DNA from: SAR86 cluster bacterium
Lineage (GTDB): Bacteria > Pseudomonadota > Gammaproteobacteria > Magnimaribacterales > TMED112
Length of the DNA: 64,000 nucleotides
Direction: 5' to 3'
Assembly (NCBI GenBank): GCA_023703535.1
Contig: CP097967.1
Coordinates: 691,208-755,207, forward strand
The position numbers and the translations under genes were made by a program. The notes below the pieces were generated by a model, which was not told the origin of the DNA, searched no databases, and saw only the letters and a list, made by a program, of their open reading frames with translations. This document shows positions 1 through 8,616 of this stretch, in pieces. Position 1 is the stretch's first letter. Each line of letters opens with the position of its first letter.

Positions 1-204
1 GTAGTTGGAGAAGAGGTTATTAAAAAGAAATTTGGAAATATTAATTGCATTAAAGTTAAAGCAACATCAAATGATGCGGGAGATATAACTTATTATATTT
101 CACCGGAGTATGATTTTATGATTATTGATAGTTTCATAGAGTTAAGAAATGGCAAAATTAATAAACTATCTCTAGTAGACGAACCTAAGTTTTTGGAAGA
201 GTGA
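1..204 (+). CDS. C-terminal fragment of an unidentified protein (gene begins left of the window)
   Basis: Hand translation of frame 1 is open from base 1 to TGA 202-204 (..[47 protein letters not shown]). It is absent from the ORF track only because there is no start codon in the window. It overlaps the dcd 3' end by 20 nt. Confidence 0.4.
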   Translation, partial: VVGEEVIKKKFGNINCIKVKATSNDAGDITYYISPEYDFMIIDSFIELRNGKINKLSLVDEPKFLEE

Positions 205-751
205 CACCTGTTTGTCCCTGATATTTTCCTCCACGATCTTTATAGCTAGTCTTACAAACTTGGTCTGATTCAAAAAAAAGCATTTGAGCAACTCCTTCGT
301 TAGCGTAAATTTTTGCAGGTAAATTAGTTGTGTTTGAAAACTCTAGCGTCACATGACCCTCCCATTCAGGCTCTAGTGGAGTTACATTTACAATAATTCC
401 ACATCTAGCATAGGTTGATTTTCCAAGACATAGAGTAAGTATCGATCTTGGTATCTTGAAATATTCCACCGTTCTAGCAAGTGCAAAAGAATTGGGTGGA
501 ATAATACATTCACTATCTTGTATATCGACAAAACTTTTTTCATCAAAATTTTTAGGGTCAACTACTGACGAAAATGTATTTGTGAATATTTTAAATTCAT
601 TTGCACACCTTACATCGTAACCATAACTTGATACGCCATAGGAGATTACTTTTTTATTATCAACTTCTCTAATTTGCTCTTTTTCAAAAGGTTTAATGAG
701 CTGATTTTTTTCTGCCTGTTCAATAATCCAATTATCAGATTTAATGCTCAT
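185..751 (-). CDS. dcd: dCTP deaminase
   Basis: 188 aa, the typical Dcd length, with Dcd-like sequence ([23 protein letters not shown], GxYQGQ C-terminus). Overlaps the recR stop by 4 nt. Confidence 0.93.
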   Translation of the reverse strand: MSIKSDNWIIEQAEKNQLIKPFEKEQIREVDNKKVISYGVSSYGYDVRCANEFKIFTNTFSSVVDPKNFDEKSFVDIQDSECIIPPNSFALARTVEYFKIPRSILTLCLGKSTYARCGIIVNVTPLEPEWEGHVTLEFSNTTNLPAKIYANEGVAQMLFFESDQVCKTSYKDRGGKYQGQTGVTLPKT

Positions 752-1359
752 TCTTTGATTTCTCTTCTACCCTGAATAGCTCTACCTAAAGTAGTATTAT
801 CAACATACTCCAATTCCCCTCCCATTGGAACTCCATAGGCTATTCTAGTGACTTTAACTTCTTCTTTTGTGATCTGATCTCTAATATAGAATGATGTTGC
901 GTCCCCCTCCACTGTTGGACTTGTTGCAACTATTATTTCTTTTATATTCGAATTAGTAATTTGTTGGATTAATTTAGGAATGCCTAATTCTTCAGGCCCT
1001 AAGCCATCTATTGGAGAAAGTCTGCCCATCAAAACAAAATACTTTCCCTTAAAAGTTCCTGAATTTTCTATTGCAAGTACATCTGAAGGATTTTCAACTA
1101 TACATAGCATATTTTGATCTCTTTTTTCATCACTGCATATATTACAAATGCTTTGCTCAGTTAAATTTCTACATTGGTTACAATTCCTTATTTGTTCGGT
1201 TGCTAACCTTAATAGATCAGATAAATTTTTGGCTTTATCTCTGTTTTTTTCAAGTATATTAAACACCATCCTTTGCGCAGATTTGATGCCAACGCCAGGC
1301 AAAATAGTTAAAGCATTTATTAATTCATTTAACAGATCAGAGTCATTCTTCATGGTCAA
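748..1359 (-). CDS. recR: recombination protein RecR
   Basis: 203 aa with a HhH N-terminus ([12 protein letters not shown]), a C4 zinc finger ([18 protein letters not shown]) and a Toprim segment ([14 protein letters not shown]). Confidence 0.95.
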   Translation of the reverse strand: MTMKNDSDLLNELINALTILPGVGIKSAQRMVFNILEKNRDKAKNLSDLLRLATEQIRNCNQCRNLTEQSICNICSDEKRDQNMLCIVENPSDVLAIENSGTFKGKYFVLMGRLSPIDGLGPEELGIPKLIQQITNSNIKEIIVATSPTVEGDATSFYIRDQITKEEVKVTRIAYGVPMGGELEYVDNTTLGRAIQGRREIKE

Positions 1360-2917
1360 TAATTATTAGTTTCTCTTTATTTAAAGTCTTGTCATAGTTT
1401 TCTTGTAAATTTTTAATTAGAGAGCTGTTAATTATCTCTTTTTGAAAATCTTCAATTTGTTCTTTTCTTTTTTTCTTCCAGTTATTTGAGGGTGTATCAA
1501 TTACTTTATCTATCTCCTCAATTTCTATATCAAGGTTACCAAAACCTGCATTATCAAGAGATTTTTTTAATTCAGAAATATTATTTTCTTTTATTCTTTT
1601 TGCAAACATCTTCTCTCCAATAAAAATTACTTTGTTATCGGATGATTCTTTTATCTCGAGATTTGCAAAATGAGTTCTGGTAGGCCCAACAATATCAAGA
1701 CTTTCAAAAGTTTCCAACCAGATTTTAGGATCTAATTTTTTTTCTTCATTTGTTTGCTTTGATTCTTCTGTTTCAATTTTTTCCTCAGACTTTTGTGGTA
1801 TTTTAGATTTACTTTTCTTGGAATATTCTATTGATTGGTCTTCAGACTTTTTTTTTGAATCGTCTTTAATTTCTTCGGTAGAGTTTTTTCTGTTATCTCT
1901 GAATGATAAACATTTCAAAACACTTATTTCAAATGCTTCTCTTGTTCTTCCAGAAATTTGTGACTCATTAAATCCAGAATTGAAAAATTGATGATATAAA
2001 TGAGCGTCCTGAGAATCATTTCCTTTTAACATCTCTTGAATTATTTGTTTATGCAATTCAGCTAAAACTCTCTCAAAAAGAATTTGATAGTTTGTATCGA
2101 GGTCATAAAAACGTTTTAGTTCGTTGATAATATTTTCGACATTATTTTCTGAAATATCACTTAATAATTTATCTACAGATGATTTGTCTATTAGGCCATG
2201 AAATTTTGACATCTCTGCCTCAGTTATATTGTTATTGCATTGAAAAGCAGCCTGATCTGCAAGGGTAATTGAGTCTCTAATTGATCCGCCAGCTAATTCA
2301 ACTAATAAATCTATTGCACCATCATCAAATGAAATATTTTCTTTTTTAAAAATATTTTTTATATTCTCTGCAATAGAATTATCCGAAACAATCTTTAAGT
2401 TAAATTGTAAGCATCTCGATATAATTGTTTTAGGAATTTTATCTGACTCTGTAGTTGCCATTAAAAATACAACGTGTTCAGGGGGTTCCTCTAAAGTCTT
2501 AAGCATAGCATTCCAGGCATTTTTAGAGAGCATATGAACCTCATCTATGAGATAGATTTTGTATTTCCCATTTGAAGGACTGAATTGAACGCTGTCTAGA
2601 AGCTCTCTCATTTCCTCAACTTTGCTATTTGATGCTGCGTCTATTTCTATTAAATCTAAATGAGAATTATTTTGTATATCTATGCAGCTAGGACAGTTAT
2701 TGCAAACATCGCCGTTATCTAAATCATACTGATGGCAGTTTAGTGCTTTTGCAAATAGTCTAGCAAGCGATGTTTTACCAATTCCTCTTGTGCCAGAAAA
2801 GATATAACCGTTATGAATTTTTTGATTTTTAATAATATTTCTTAATGCAACCACTGCATGATCTTGTCCTATTACTTCTGAAAAAGATTTTGGTCTATAT
2901 TTTGTTGCTAAAGTCAT
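1343..2917 (-). CDS. dnaX: DNA polymerase III subunit tau/gamma
   Basis: 524 aa with Walker A GTRGIGKTS, a Zn module CHQYDLDNGDVCNNCPSC, a DEVHML box and the sensor motif ISRC. A Lys/Glu-rich linker is followed by a tau-like C-terminal domain. Confidence 0.95.
   Translation of the reverse strand: MTLATKYRPKSFSEVIGQDHAVVALRNIIKNQKIHNGYIFSGTRGIGKTSLARLFAKALNCHQYDLDNGDVCNNCPSCIDIQNNSHLDLIEIDAASNSKVEEMRELLDSVQFSPSNGKYKIYLIDEVHMLSKNAWNAMLKTLEEPPEHVVFLMATTESDKIPKTIISRCLQFNLKIVSDNSIAENIKNIFKKENISFDDGAIDLLVELAGGSIRDSITLADQAAFQCNNNITEAEMSKFHGLIDKSSVDKLLSDISENNVENIINELKRFYDLDTNYQILFERVLAELHKQIIQEMLKGNDSQDAHLYHQFFNSGFNESQISGRTREAFEISVLKCLSFRDNRKNSTEEIKDDSKKKSEDQSIEYSKKSKSKIPQKSEEKIETEESKQTNEEKKLDPKIWLETFESLDIVGPTRTHFANLEIKESSDNKVIFIGEKMFAKRIKENNISELKKSLDNAGFGNLDIEIEEIDKVIDTPSNNWKKKRKEQIEDFQKEIINSSLIKNLQENYDKTLNKEKLIIIDHEE
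1842..1857 (-). other. candidate -1 programmed frameshift / slippage cassette in dnaX (A AAA AAG GUC UGA)
   Basis: The coding strand reads TCA AAA AAA AAG TCT GAA (S K K K S E). The -1 frame after the heptamer reads GTC TGA. The position (codon ~357 of 524) matches the domain III/IV boundary used in E. coli dnaX. Confidence 0.45.
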
Positions 2918-3348
2918 ATATCAAGATTTGTTGACCCTTTTATTATTTCATAAGTGAAACCTCGGTAGGACAAAAATCTCAAAATCTTTTGCTTATCTTC
3001 GTAATTAAGTTTTTTGTTACCAATTTTTCTTTCTGAAACATTTTTACAAATAGCATGCCAATCAATATTGAGTGAATATAAATCGTAATCATTTTTTGAG
3101 ATTGAATTTTTCTGGAGAAGTTGTTCTATGTAATTTGGGCCATAACCTGCTTCACTTTTGGACTTTATTAGAGATTCAGCAAATCGCTTATCTGATAACA
3201 AATTTTTATCAATGAGTTTATTTATCAGCTCTTCAATTTGTTCTTCATTATCCTGAAACTTTTGAATTTTGCTTTTTAATTGCGAAATCGAGTGCTCCCT
3301 TCTTGATAGGATATCTAGCGCTTTATTCCAAAGGTTTACTTCTGGCAA
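2914..3348 (-). CDS. recX: RecX family regulatory protein
   Basis: 144 aa helical-repeat protein. The N-terminus ALDILSRREHSISQLKSKI and the motif LLSDKRFAESLIKSK are RecX-like. Overlaps the dnaX start by 4 nt. Confidence 0.75.
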   Translation of the reverse strand: MPEVNLWNKALDILSRREHSISQLKSKIQKFQDNEEQIEELINKLIDKNLLSDKRFAESLIKSKSEAGYGPNYIEQLLQKNSISKNDYDLYSLNIDWHAICKNVSERKIGNKKLNYEDKQKILRFLSYRGFTYEIIKGSTNLDI

Positions 3349-3351
3349 TTC

Positions 3352-3846
3352 TTATTCAAGTGGAACTACCCTCGTTCTGCCGGCAGACCTGATAATTCTA
3401 ACTTCATCTCCTTTACGGAAATTATAGTTTAGGTCTTCTGATATTTCTTGCACTACTGAAATTTCTTTTCCATTATTTTCAAGAAGAATTATTAACTCTA
3501 ACCCCTTCTTTCTTGATAGTGACTCTCCTACTTCACTTCCAACAACTGAACCAACCAGTCCTCCAACTAATCCACCAATTAACTCAGATGTTTCTCCATC
3601 ACCGTCAGCTGATCTTTTCGCAGCAGATCCTGTTACAATTGCACCAATTACAGCGCCCGATGCAGTTCCAGCATCCCTATCGCCCTCTATAATAACCTCT
3701 TTGACTGATACAACAGTGCCAGAGAGAACTATTTGAGATTTTCCTGCTGCATCTCTAGGCACAACGTTTGGCTTGAATCCACCAGTAGCACAGCTAGTTA
3801 GAAAGATTAGAGAAAAGGTTAAAAATATTTTAAGTTTATTGCTCAT
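3352..3846 (-). CDS. SlyB/PCP-like glycine-zipper outer-membrane lipoprotein
   Basis: 164 aa with a lipobox FLTSC and a central Gly-zipper (GAVIGAIVTGSAA..GGLVGGLVGSVVG). Beta segments flank the zipper as in SlyB (GTVVSVKEV.., ELIILLENNGKEISVVQE). Confidence 0.7.
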   Translation of the reverse strand: MSNKLKIFLTFSLIFLTSCATGGFKPNVVPRDAAGKSQIVLSGTVVSVKEVIIEGDRDAGTASGAVIGAIVTGSAAKRSADGDGETSELIGGLVGGLVGSVVGSEVGESLSRKKGLELIILLENNGKEISVVQEISEDLNYNFRKGDEVRIIRSAGRTRVVPLE

Positions 3847-4093
3847 ATTTACTTTGATTTATCATAAGAGGAAAAGTTCCCTCATGTAATTTAAATAAGT
3901 CCTCAACTTTACAATTCAATATTGTAGCAATCTTTAATGATAAGACTGTAGAGGGTATATAAACCCCATTCTCAATTGCATTGATACTTTTACGTGATAC
4001 CTGCACAGCTTCTGCTAAAACAGCTTGAGTTATGCCAGCCTCTTTTCTTTTAACCGTTAGTAGCACTTCTAAATCTCTATGATTTTTACCCAT
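3836..4093 (-). CDS. XRE-family helix-turn-helix transcriptional regulator
   Basis: 85 aa with the HTH_3-like core GITQAVLAEAVQVSRKSINAIENGVYIPSTVLSLKIA. It is the first gene of the minus-strand array that ends at dcd. Confidence 0.8.
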   Translation of the reverse strand: MGKNHRDLEVLLTVKRKEAGITQAVLAEAVQVSRKSINAIENGVYIPSTVLSLKIATILNCKVEDLFKLHEGTFPLMINQSKYEQ

Positions 4094-4116
4094 TTATATT
4101 ATCCTTAATAAACAAT

Positions 4117-4180
4117 AATGTAACTTATACTACTCATTATTTCAAAAAAAAACAACATTTTGAGAAGTATAAGTTACATT
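4117..4180. promoter_or_regulatory. perfect 15-bp inverted repeat (AATGTAACTTATACT N34 AGTATAAGTTACATT), candidate operator pair
   Basis: Arms at 4117-4131 and 4166-4180 are exact reverse complements. They lie 24-87 bp upstream of the XRE start, in the divergent XRE/ibpA spacer. Confidence 0.4.
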
Positions 4181-4286
4181 TATCAAAAAAAAACTTGATT
4201 TTTGAAAACTAATCTATAAATTATGTGATGTTGGTGCTCGGGTGAGGCCAGCAATTAATTAACTAGTCGCTTATAAGGAGGACATT

Positions 4287-4703
4287 ATGTTAATAAATTT
4301 TACTGATCCAATGTTTTCAAACCGAGTTTTAGGTTTTGAAACACTCGTAGATAGACTCGAAAGAATTTCTAATGAGTCTCAATCTGGTTACCCACCGTAT
4401 AATATTTTTAAGGATGGGCTTAAGTTTAAGATAGAAATTGCTCTAGCAGGCATCGATAAAAAAGATGTTGATATTGAGCTGTGTGATGGAGTGCTGACAA
4501 TTAAGCATGATGGTCCTAAGGAGGACAATTCTGCTGAAGAGGCATTGCACAAAGGCATAGCTAAAAGAGCATTCAAGCTAAAATTTACTTTAGCAGAAGA
4601 TCTTGAAGTTTTAGGTGCTGCAATAAAAAATGGTTTACTTACTGTTAACCTTGAAAGAGTAGTACCTGACCATAAAAAACCTCGTGTAATTGAGGTAAAA
4701 TAA
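4287..4703 (+). CDS. ibpA: small heat-shock protein, Hsp20/IbpA family
   Basis: 138 aa with an alpha-crystallin domain (YPPYNI..FKIEIALAGIDKKDVDIEL..GVLTI, GLLTVNLER). A strong SD (TAAGGAGG) lies 6 nt upstream of the ATG. Confidence 0.88.
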   Translation: MLINFTDPMFSNRVLGFETLVDRLERISNESQSGYPPYNIFKDGLKFKIEIALAGIDKKDVDIELCDGVLTIKHDGPKEDNSAEEALHKGIAKRAFKLKFTLAEDLEVLGAAIKNGLLTVNLERVVPDHKKPRVIEVK

Positions 4704-4708
4704 CTATA

Positions 4709-4732
4709 GGGCGGGAAACCGCCCTTCACTTT
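4709..4732 (+). terminator. rho-independent terminator-like hairpin after ibpA
   Basis: GGGCGG-GAAA-CCGCCC (GC stem, GNRA loop) followed by TTCACTTT. It begins 6 nt after the ibpA stop and ends at the dsbD ATG. Confidence 0.65.
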
Positions 4733-6715
4733 ATGAAATCTATAACTAAATTATTTTTATATCTTCTACTAACATTTAGTATAAGTGTTCAAAGTAGTGT
4801 TCAAAACGAATACTCTTCATTTTCAGTTATAGGTAACAACAATGTAATAAATAAACCTGGAGCAATCGAGCTCGGTTTTAAATTTGCCTTAAAAGATGGT
4901 TGGCATACGTATTGGTTAAATGCTGGTGATTCTGGAGGGCCTGCTGTATTTGAGTATAAAAATAATTCTAATTTAGTTATTTCTGACATAACCTGGCCTG
5001 GACCTCAAAAGATTCCATACCCTCCTCTCATGACATATGGATTTAAAAATGATTTGGTTATTCCTTTTAAATTAACTCTCAATAACTTAGAAGATTCTCA
5101 AATAGAAATAAAAACAAAATTTTTAGTTTGTGATGATATTTGCATACCACAAAATGATTCTTTCTCTTTAGAGTTAAAAAATGGGATTTTAAATATTAAA
5201 CAAGCCCCAAATGAGCTTTTGAAATGGAAATCTCTTATTCCTGCAAGAGGACCTCCGGTTGAGATAGTTTTTCCAAACCAAAATGGAGCCCTAGAGATAA
5301 TTTCAGATCAGATTGATGAAGGATCATATTTTTATCCGTACATGGATGGTGTAATCGATTATTCAGTTGCACAAAAAATTACAATTAAAAATCAAACACA
5401 AGAAGGTTCACTAGCTCTTTCCATGTTAGATACTTTTGATGGACAAATTTCTGGAGTTATATCCTCAAAAAACGGTTTTAGCGAAATTAATGAAACAATT
5501 AAGATTACGCCAACTGTTTTAGAAAGTTCTTTATCCGAGATAAGTTTAATAACAGCTTTATTGTTCGCATTTATTGGAGGTTTGATCCTTAACCTAATGC
5601 CATGCGTTCTGCCAGTAATTGCTTTAAAGGCCTTTTCTCTCATTAAAAATTCACAAAATTCTAATAGCTCAATTACTTTAAATGCTTCTCTGTATGTATT
5701 TGGTGTTTTAGCTACTTTTTTAGGTATTGCAGGAATTTTGATTGCATTGAAGGGAGCAGGAGAAAATATTGGTTGGGGCTATCAATTGCAATCTCCAATG
5801 ATTGTTGGTTTTCTAAGCACTTTAATGTTTGTAATAGGGCTTATCCTTTTTACAGATATTGATTTTGGCAGCAGCTTAACAAAACTAGAAAATCTTAATA
5901 ATACTTCTGGTGCATCGGGCTCATTTTTGACTGGAGTTTTATCAGTTTTAGTTGCTTCACCTTGTACTGCACCATTCATGGGTGCAGCGTTAGGATATGC
6001 ATTAGTGCAATCTAATACCTTCTCAATGCTGATTTTTCTATTCCTTGGACTTGGATTTGCATTACCATATTTTCTAATTGCAATTTTCCCAAGACTTGTT
6101 GAATTCTTACCAAAACCTGGAGAGTGGATGAAATATTTAAAACAATTTTTTTCATTCTTAATGTTTGGAACAGCAATCTGGTTATTTTGGGTATTATCAA
6201 ACCAAGTGGAGACAAACTCACTTCTTACAATACTAATAGTTTGGCTAGTCATTTCTTTTTTCATATGGTTTTTACCTCTCAAAATTTCAAAACCAATTAA
6301 ATACTTAACTTCTTTAGTAATTTTATTCTCCACTATAATTTTTCTTGACTGGGGTTTTAAGCAGAAAGGTGTAGAAACTATGGTTAATGAAAGCTCTTGG
6401 ACCAAAGAGAGAGAAATTTCCCTTAGAAATCAAGGTTCATCATATTTTATTAACTTTACTGCAGCTTGGTGCATTACTTGTCAGGTAAATGAGAGAGTTG
6501 CATTAACAGAAAGAACATTAAAAGAATTTGATAAAAGAAATATAAAATATTTCAAGGCTGACTGGACAAATAGAAGTGATGAAATTTTCCAAGAATTAAA
6601 AAAATATGGCAGATCTGGTGTTCCTGTATATGTATTTTGGAATAAAAATCTAGAACAGCCTATAATTTTAAATGAAGTTTTAACAGAAAAATATGTAATG
6701 GAGGTTACAAAATGA
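4733..6715 (+). CDS. dsbD: thiol:disulfide interchange protein DsbD family (N-terminal periplasmic domain + CcdA-type membrane core + C-terminal thioredoxin)
   Basis: 660 aa with a signal peptide. Membrane-core cysteines sit in LNLMPCVLP and ASPCTAPF, and the C-terminal domain carries AAWCITCQ. Confidence 0.9.
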   Translation: MKSITKLFLYLLLTFSISVQSSVQNEYSSFSVIGNNNVINKPGAIELGFKFALKDGWHTYWLNAGDSGGPAVFEYKNNSNLVISDITWPGPQKIPYPPLMTYGFKNDLVIPFKLTLNNLEDSQIEIKTKFLVCDDICIPQNDSFSLELKNGILNIKQAPNELLKWKSLIPARGPPVEIVFPNQNGALEIISDQIDEGSYFYPYMDGVIDYSVAQKITIKNQTQEGSLALSMLDTFDGQISGVISSKNGFSEINETIKITPTVLESSLSEISLITALLFAFIGGLILNLMPCVLPVIALKAFSLIKNSQNSNSSITLNASLYVFGVLATFLGIAGILIALKGAGENIGWGYQLQSPMIVGFLSTLMFVIGLILFTDIDFGSSLTKLENLNNTSGASGSFLTGVLSVLVASPCTAPFMGAALGYALVQSNTFSMLIFLFLGLGFALPYFLIAIFPRLVEFLPKPGEWMKYLKQFFSFLMFGTAIWLFWVLSNQVETNSLLTILIVWLVISFFIWFLPLKISKPIKYLTSLVILFSTIIFLDWGFKQKGVETMVNESSWTKEREISLRNQGSSYFINFTAAWCITCQVNERVALTERTLKEFDKRNIKYFKADWTNRSDEIFQELKKYGRSGVPVYVFWNKNLEQPIILNEVLTEKYVMEVTK

Positions 6716-7311
6716 AAGCTAAAATTATTCTAATTATTTTCTTTGCAATGAATATTTTTTCTCTTGCAAAAGTTGGAGAAACTGCACCTAACTTTTCACT
6801 AATTAATCAAGACAATAAAAAAATAAGCCTTGAGGAGTTTCGTGGCAAAAAAGTAGTCCTAGAGTGGACTAATCATGAATGTCCCTTTGTCAAAAGGCAT
6901 TATGAGACTGGTAACATGCAAAAACTTCAAAAGGAATTAGTTGAAGAGAATGTAATTTGGCTTTCTATTGTTTCTTCTGCAAAAGGAAAACAAGGATATA
7001 TAGATCAAGACCAAGCTAAGGAACTTACCCTAACAAGAGATGCATCCCCTAATCATGTTCTTCTTGACGAGGATGGTTCTGTAGGTAAAAAGTTTGTAGC
7101 TAAAACTACACCTCATATGTATGTAATCGATGAAGATGGCATGCTTAAATATCAGGGTGCAATAGATAACCTTGGGACAATGGGTGCTCTTTTTAGTACA
7201 GATCTATCCAAGGGAGTAAATTTTGTTAGAGAAGCAATTCAAAGTCTTAACGCAGGATTAGAAATTGAAAGTAGCAGCACAAGGCCTTATGGGTGCTCTA
7301 TAAAATACTAG
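6712..7311 (+). CDS. periplasmic thioredoxin-fold redoxin (AhpC/TSA-like), single-Cys active-site motif CPFV
   Basis: 199 aa with a signal peptide and the motif FRGKKVVLEWTNHECPFVKRHY. Overlaps the dsbD stop by 4 nt. Confidence 0.75.
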   Translation: MKAKIILIIFFAMNIFSLAKVGETAPNFSLINQDNKKISLEEFRGKKVVLEWTNHECPFVKRHYETGNMQKLQKELVEENVIWLSIVSSAKGKQGYIDQDQAKELTLTRDASPNHVLLDEDGSVGKKFVAKTTPHMYVIDEDGMLKYQGAIDNLGTMGALFSTDLSKGVNFVREAIQSLNAGLEIESSSTRPYGCSIKY

Positions 7312-7820
7312 AAAATATAGTCAGCCCAAGATTTGTCAGGAAAATCTGACCTCTTTAACTTATGTCCATTTAATAAATGAGCAAATGATGGTTTTTTAGG
7401 CTCTATTATTGGCTTGAGAGTTTTTGAACCTTTTTTTGTATTGCATGATTTGCAACATGTAACAATATTCTGCCACTCTGTCTGTCCTCCCTTAGATCTT
7501 GGTATTACATGGTCTAATGTAAGCTGATTTACATCAAAAATATCTAAACAATACTGGCATTTATACATGTCTCTGAGATAGACATTTGACCTGGAGAACT
7601 TTACGTAATTTTGAAATTTATGGAATCTCTTCAACATAATTATGCTTGGAACTTCTACCTCAACTGATGGTGAACGCACAACCCAATCTTCATGATTTTT
7701 TACAATAACTACGTTTCTTGTAAAGATTAGTTTGATAGCAGTTTTCCAATCTAAAGTTGATAAAGGAAAATAGCTCACAGGCTTACCATTTCCATTTAAA
7801 AGAAGACAATCTTTTGGCAT
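7308..7820 (-). CDS. HNH endonuclease
   Basis: 170 aa with an HNH/Zn core: CQYCLD..LTLDHVIPRSKGGQTEWQNIVTCCKSCNTKKG. Confidence 0.85.
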   Translation of the reverse strand: MPKDCLLLNGNGKPVSYFPLSTLDWKTAIKLIFTRNVVIVKNHEDWVVRSPSVEVEVPSIIMLKRFHKFQNYVKFSRSNVYLRDMYKCQYCLDIFDVNQLTLDHVIPRSKGGQTEWQNIVTCCKSCNTKKGSKTLKPIIEPKKPSFAHLLNGHKLKRSDFPDKSWADYIF

Positions 7821-7905
7821 ATTTCTTAAATTAATTTAATAATTCATCATAAATTATATTTTGCTTGTATCAACATAAGCTGTATGATTATTCTGTATAA
7901 ATTTT

Positions 7906-8616
7906 TTGCTTATGATTGAACCATTTATACTTTTTGGGGAACAACACATTGAGACTCTTACTTATACCTTCGGTATAATTGTTTTGATTTGTTTAATAAG
8001 TAATTTCATCAGCACTTCCCTGCAAAATATTGTCACAAAAATTATAGGAATCTCTCTTTTAGGCTTTGAAATTCTTAGGCCATTTTTATACATTTTTGTT
8101 TTTGAAAAACCTTGGGAGACTTACCTCCCCTTGCATATGTGTGCGTTTAGTGCATTTCTTATAGGTATTTTCTTGTTAAGCAAAAGCAGAAATCAAATGT
8201 TCTTTGAGCTCCCTTACTACTGGGGCGTAGGAGGTGCAACTATGGCGCTTGCAACACCAGATCTTACGCTTGGGTGGCCCGATGTTGAATACTTTTTCTT
8301 CTTCTATGGCCATGGCCAAATTTTATTGGGAGTGTTTTTTGCATTAACTGTTTTAAAATATCGTCCACATCTGCAAAATTTTTGGAGAATGGCAGTTATA
8401 ACTATTCTTCTTCTAATACCAATTTACGCAGCGAATATTCTAATTGGAGGAGATGCAAATTATTGGTATTTAATGGATAAACCTGCCGGAGACTCTCTAG
8501 CGGTTTTTATGCCTGAAGCTCCTTATCATATTTTGGGTATTGCACCCTTAGCACTAATTGTTTTTTTCATCACATACGTACCTTTCTTGTTGTGGGACAA
8601 ATTTAAAAAAGCATGA
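7906..8616 (+). CDS. polytopic membrane protein, TIGR02206 / YwaF / TMEM164-like (paralog 1)
   Basis: 236 aa, multi-TM, with the motifs LPLHMCAFS, YGHGQIL and FMPEAPYHI. The track start is TTG 7906; ATG at 7912 is an alternative. Confidence 0.65.
   Translation: MLMIEPFILFGEQHIETLTYTFGIIVLICLISNFISTSLQNIVTKIIGISLLGFEILRPFLYIFVFEKPWETYLPLHMCAFSAFLIGIFLLSKSRNQMFFELPYYWGVGGATMALATPDLTLGWPDVEYFFFFYGHGQILLGVFFALTVLKYRPHLQNFWRMAVITILLLIPIYAANILIGGDANYWYLMDKPAGDSLAVFMPEAPYHILGIAPLALIVFFITYVPFLLWDKFKKA

Noticed and set aside
1343-1700. A YbaB-like domain fused to the C-terminus of DnaX, which would explain the missing ybaB gene.
   Set aside because: The C-terminal 130 aa read as ordinary tau domain IV/V sequence (W..TFESLDIVGPTRTHFANLEI..), not the YbaB helical dimer motif.
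3352-4093. XRE regulator plus an overlapping downstream small gene as a toxin-antitoxin pair.
   Set aside because: The downstream product has a lipobox and a SlyB-like glycine-zipper architecture, which makes it an envelope lipoprotein, not a toxin fold.
4194-4221. Sigma-32-type heat-shock promoter for ibpA (CTTGATT N13 CTATAAAT).
   Set aside because: Only the CTTGA part of the -35 matches. The -10 lacks the CCCCAT core. In this AT-rich spacer the match is not distinguishable from background.
4222-4286. ROSE-like RNA thermometer in the ibpA 5' UTR (a UCGCU element just upstream of the AAGGAGG SD).
   Set aside because: UCGCU is only 4 nt from the SD, too close to form the SD-masking hairpin. 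I could not fold a convincing ROSE-type structure from the preceding 60 nt by eye. This needs proper RNA folding.
7308-7820. Stand-alone HNH endonuclease as a possible defence or mobile (homing) element.
   Set aside because: There is no adjacent methyltransferase, helicase, intein/intron context or phage gene. It overlaps its convergent neighbour by 4 nt like core genes. Small HNH proteins of this type are common orphan genes, so it stays an ordinary annotation.
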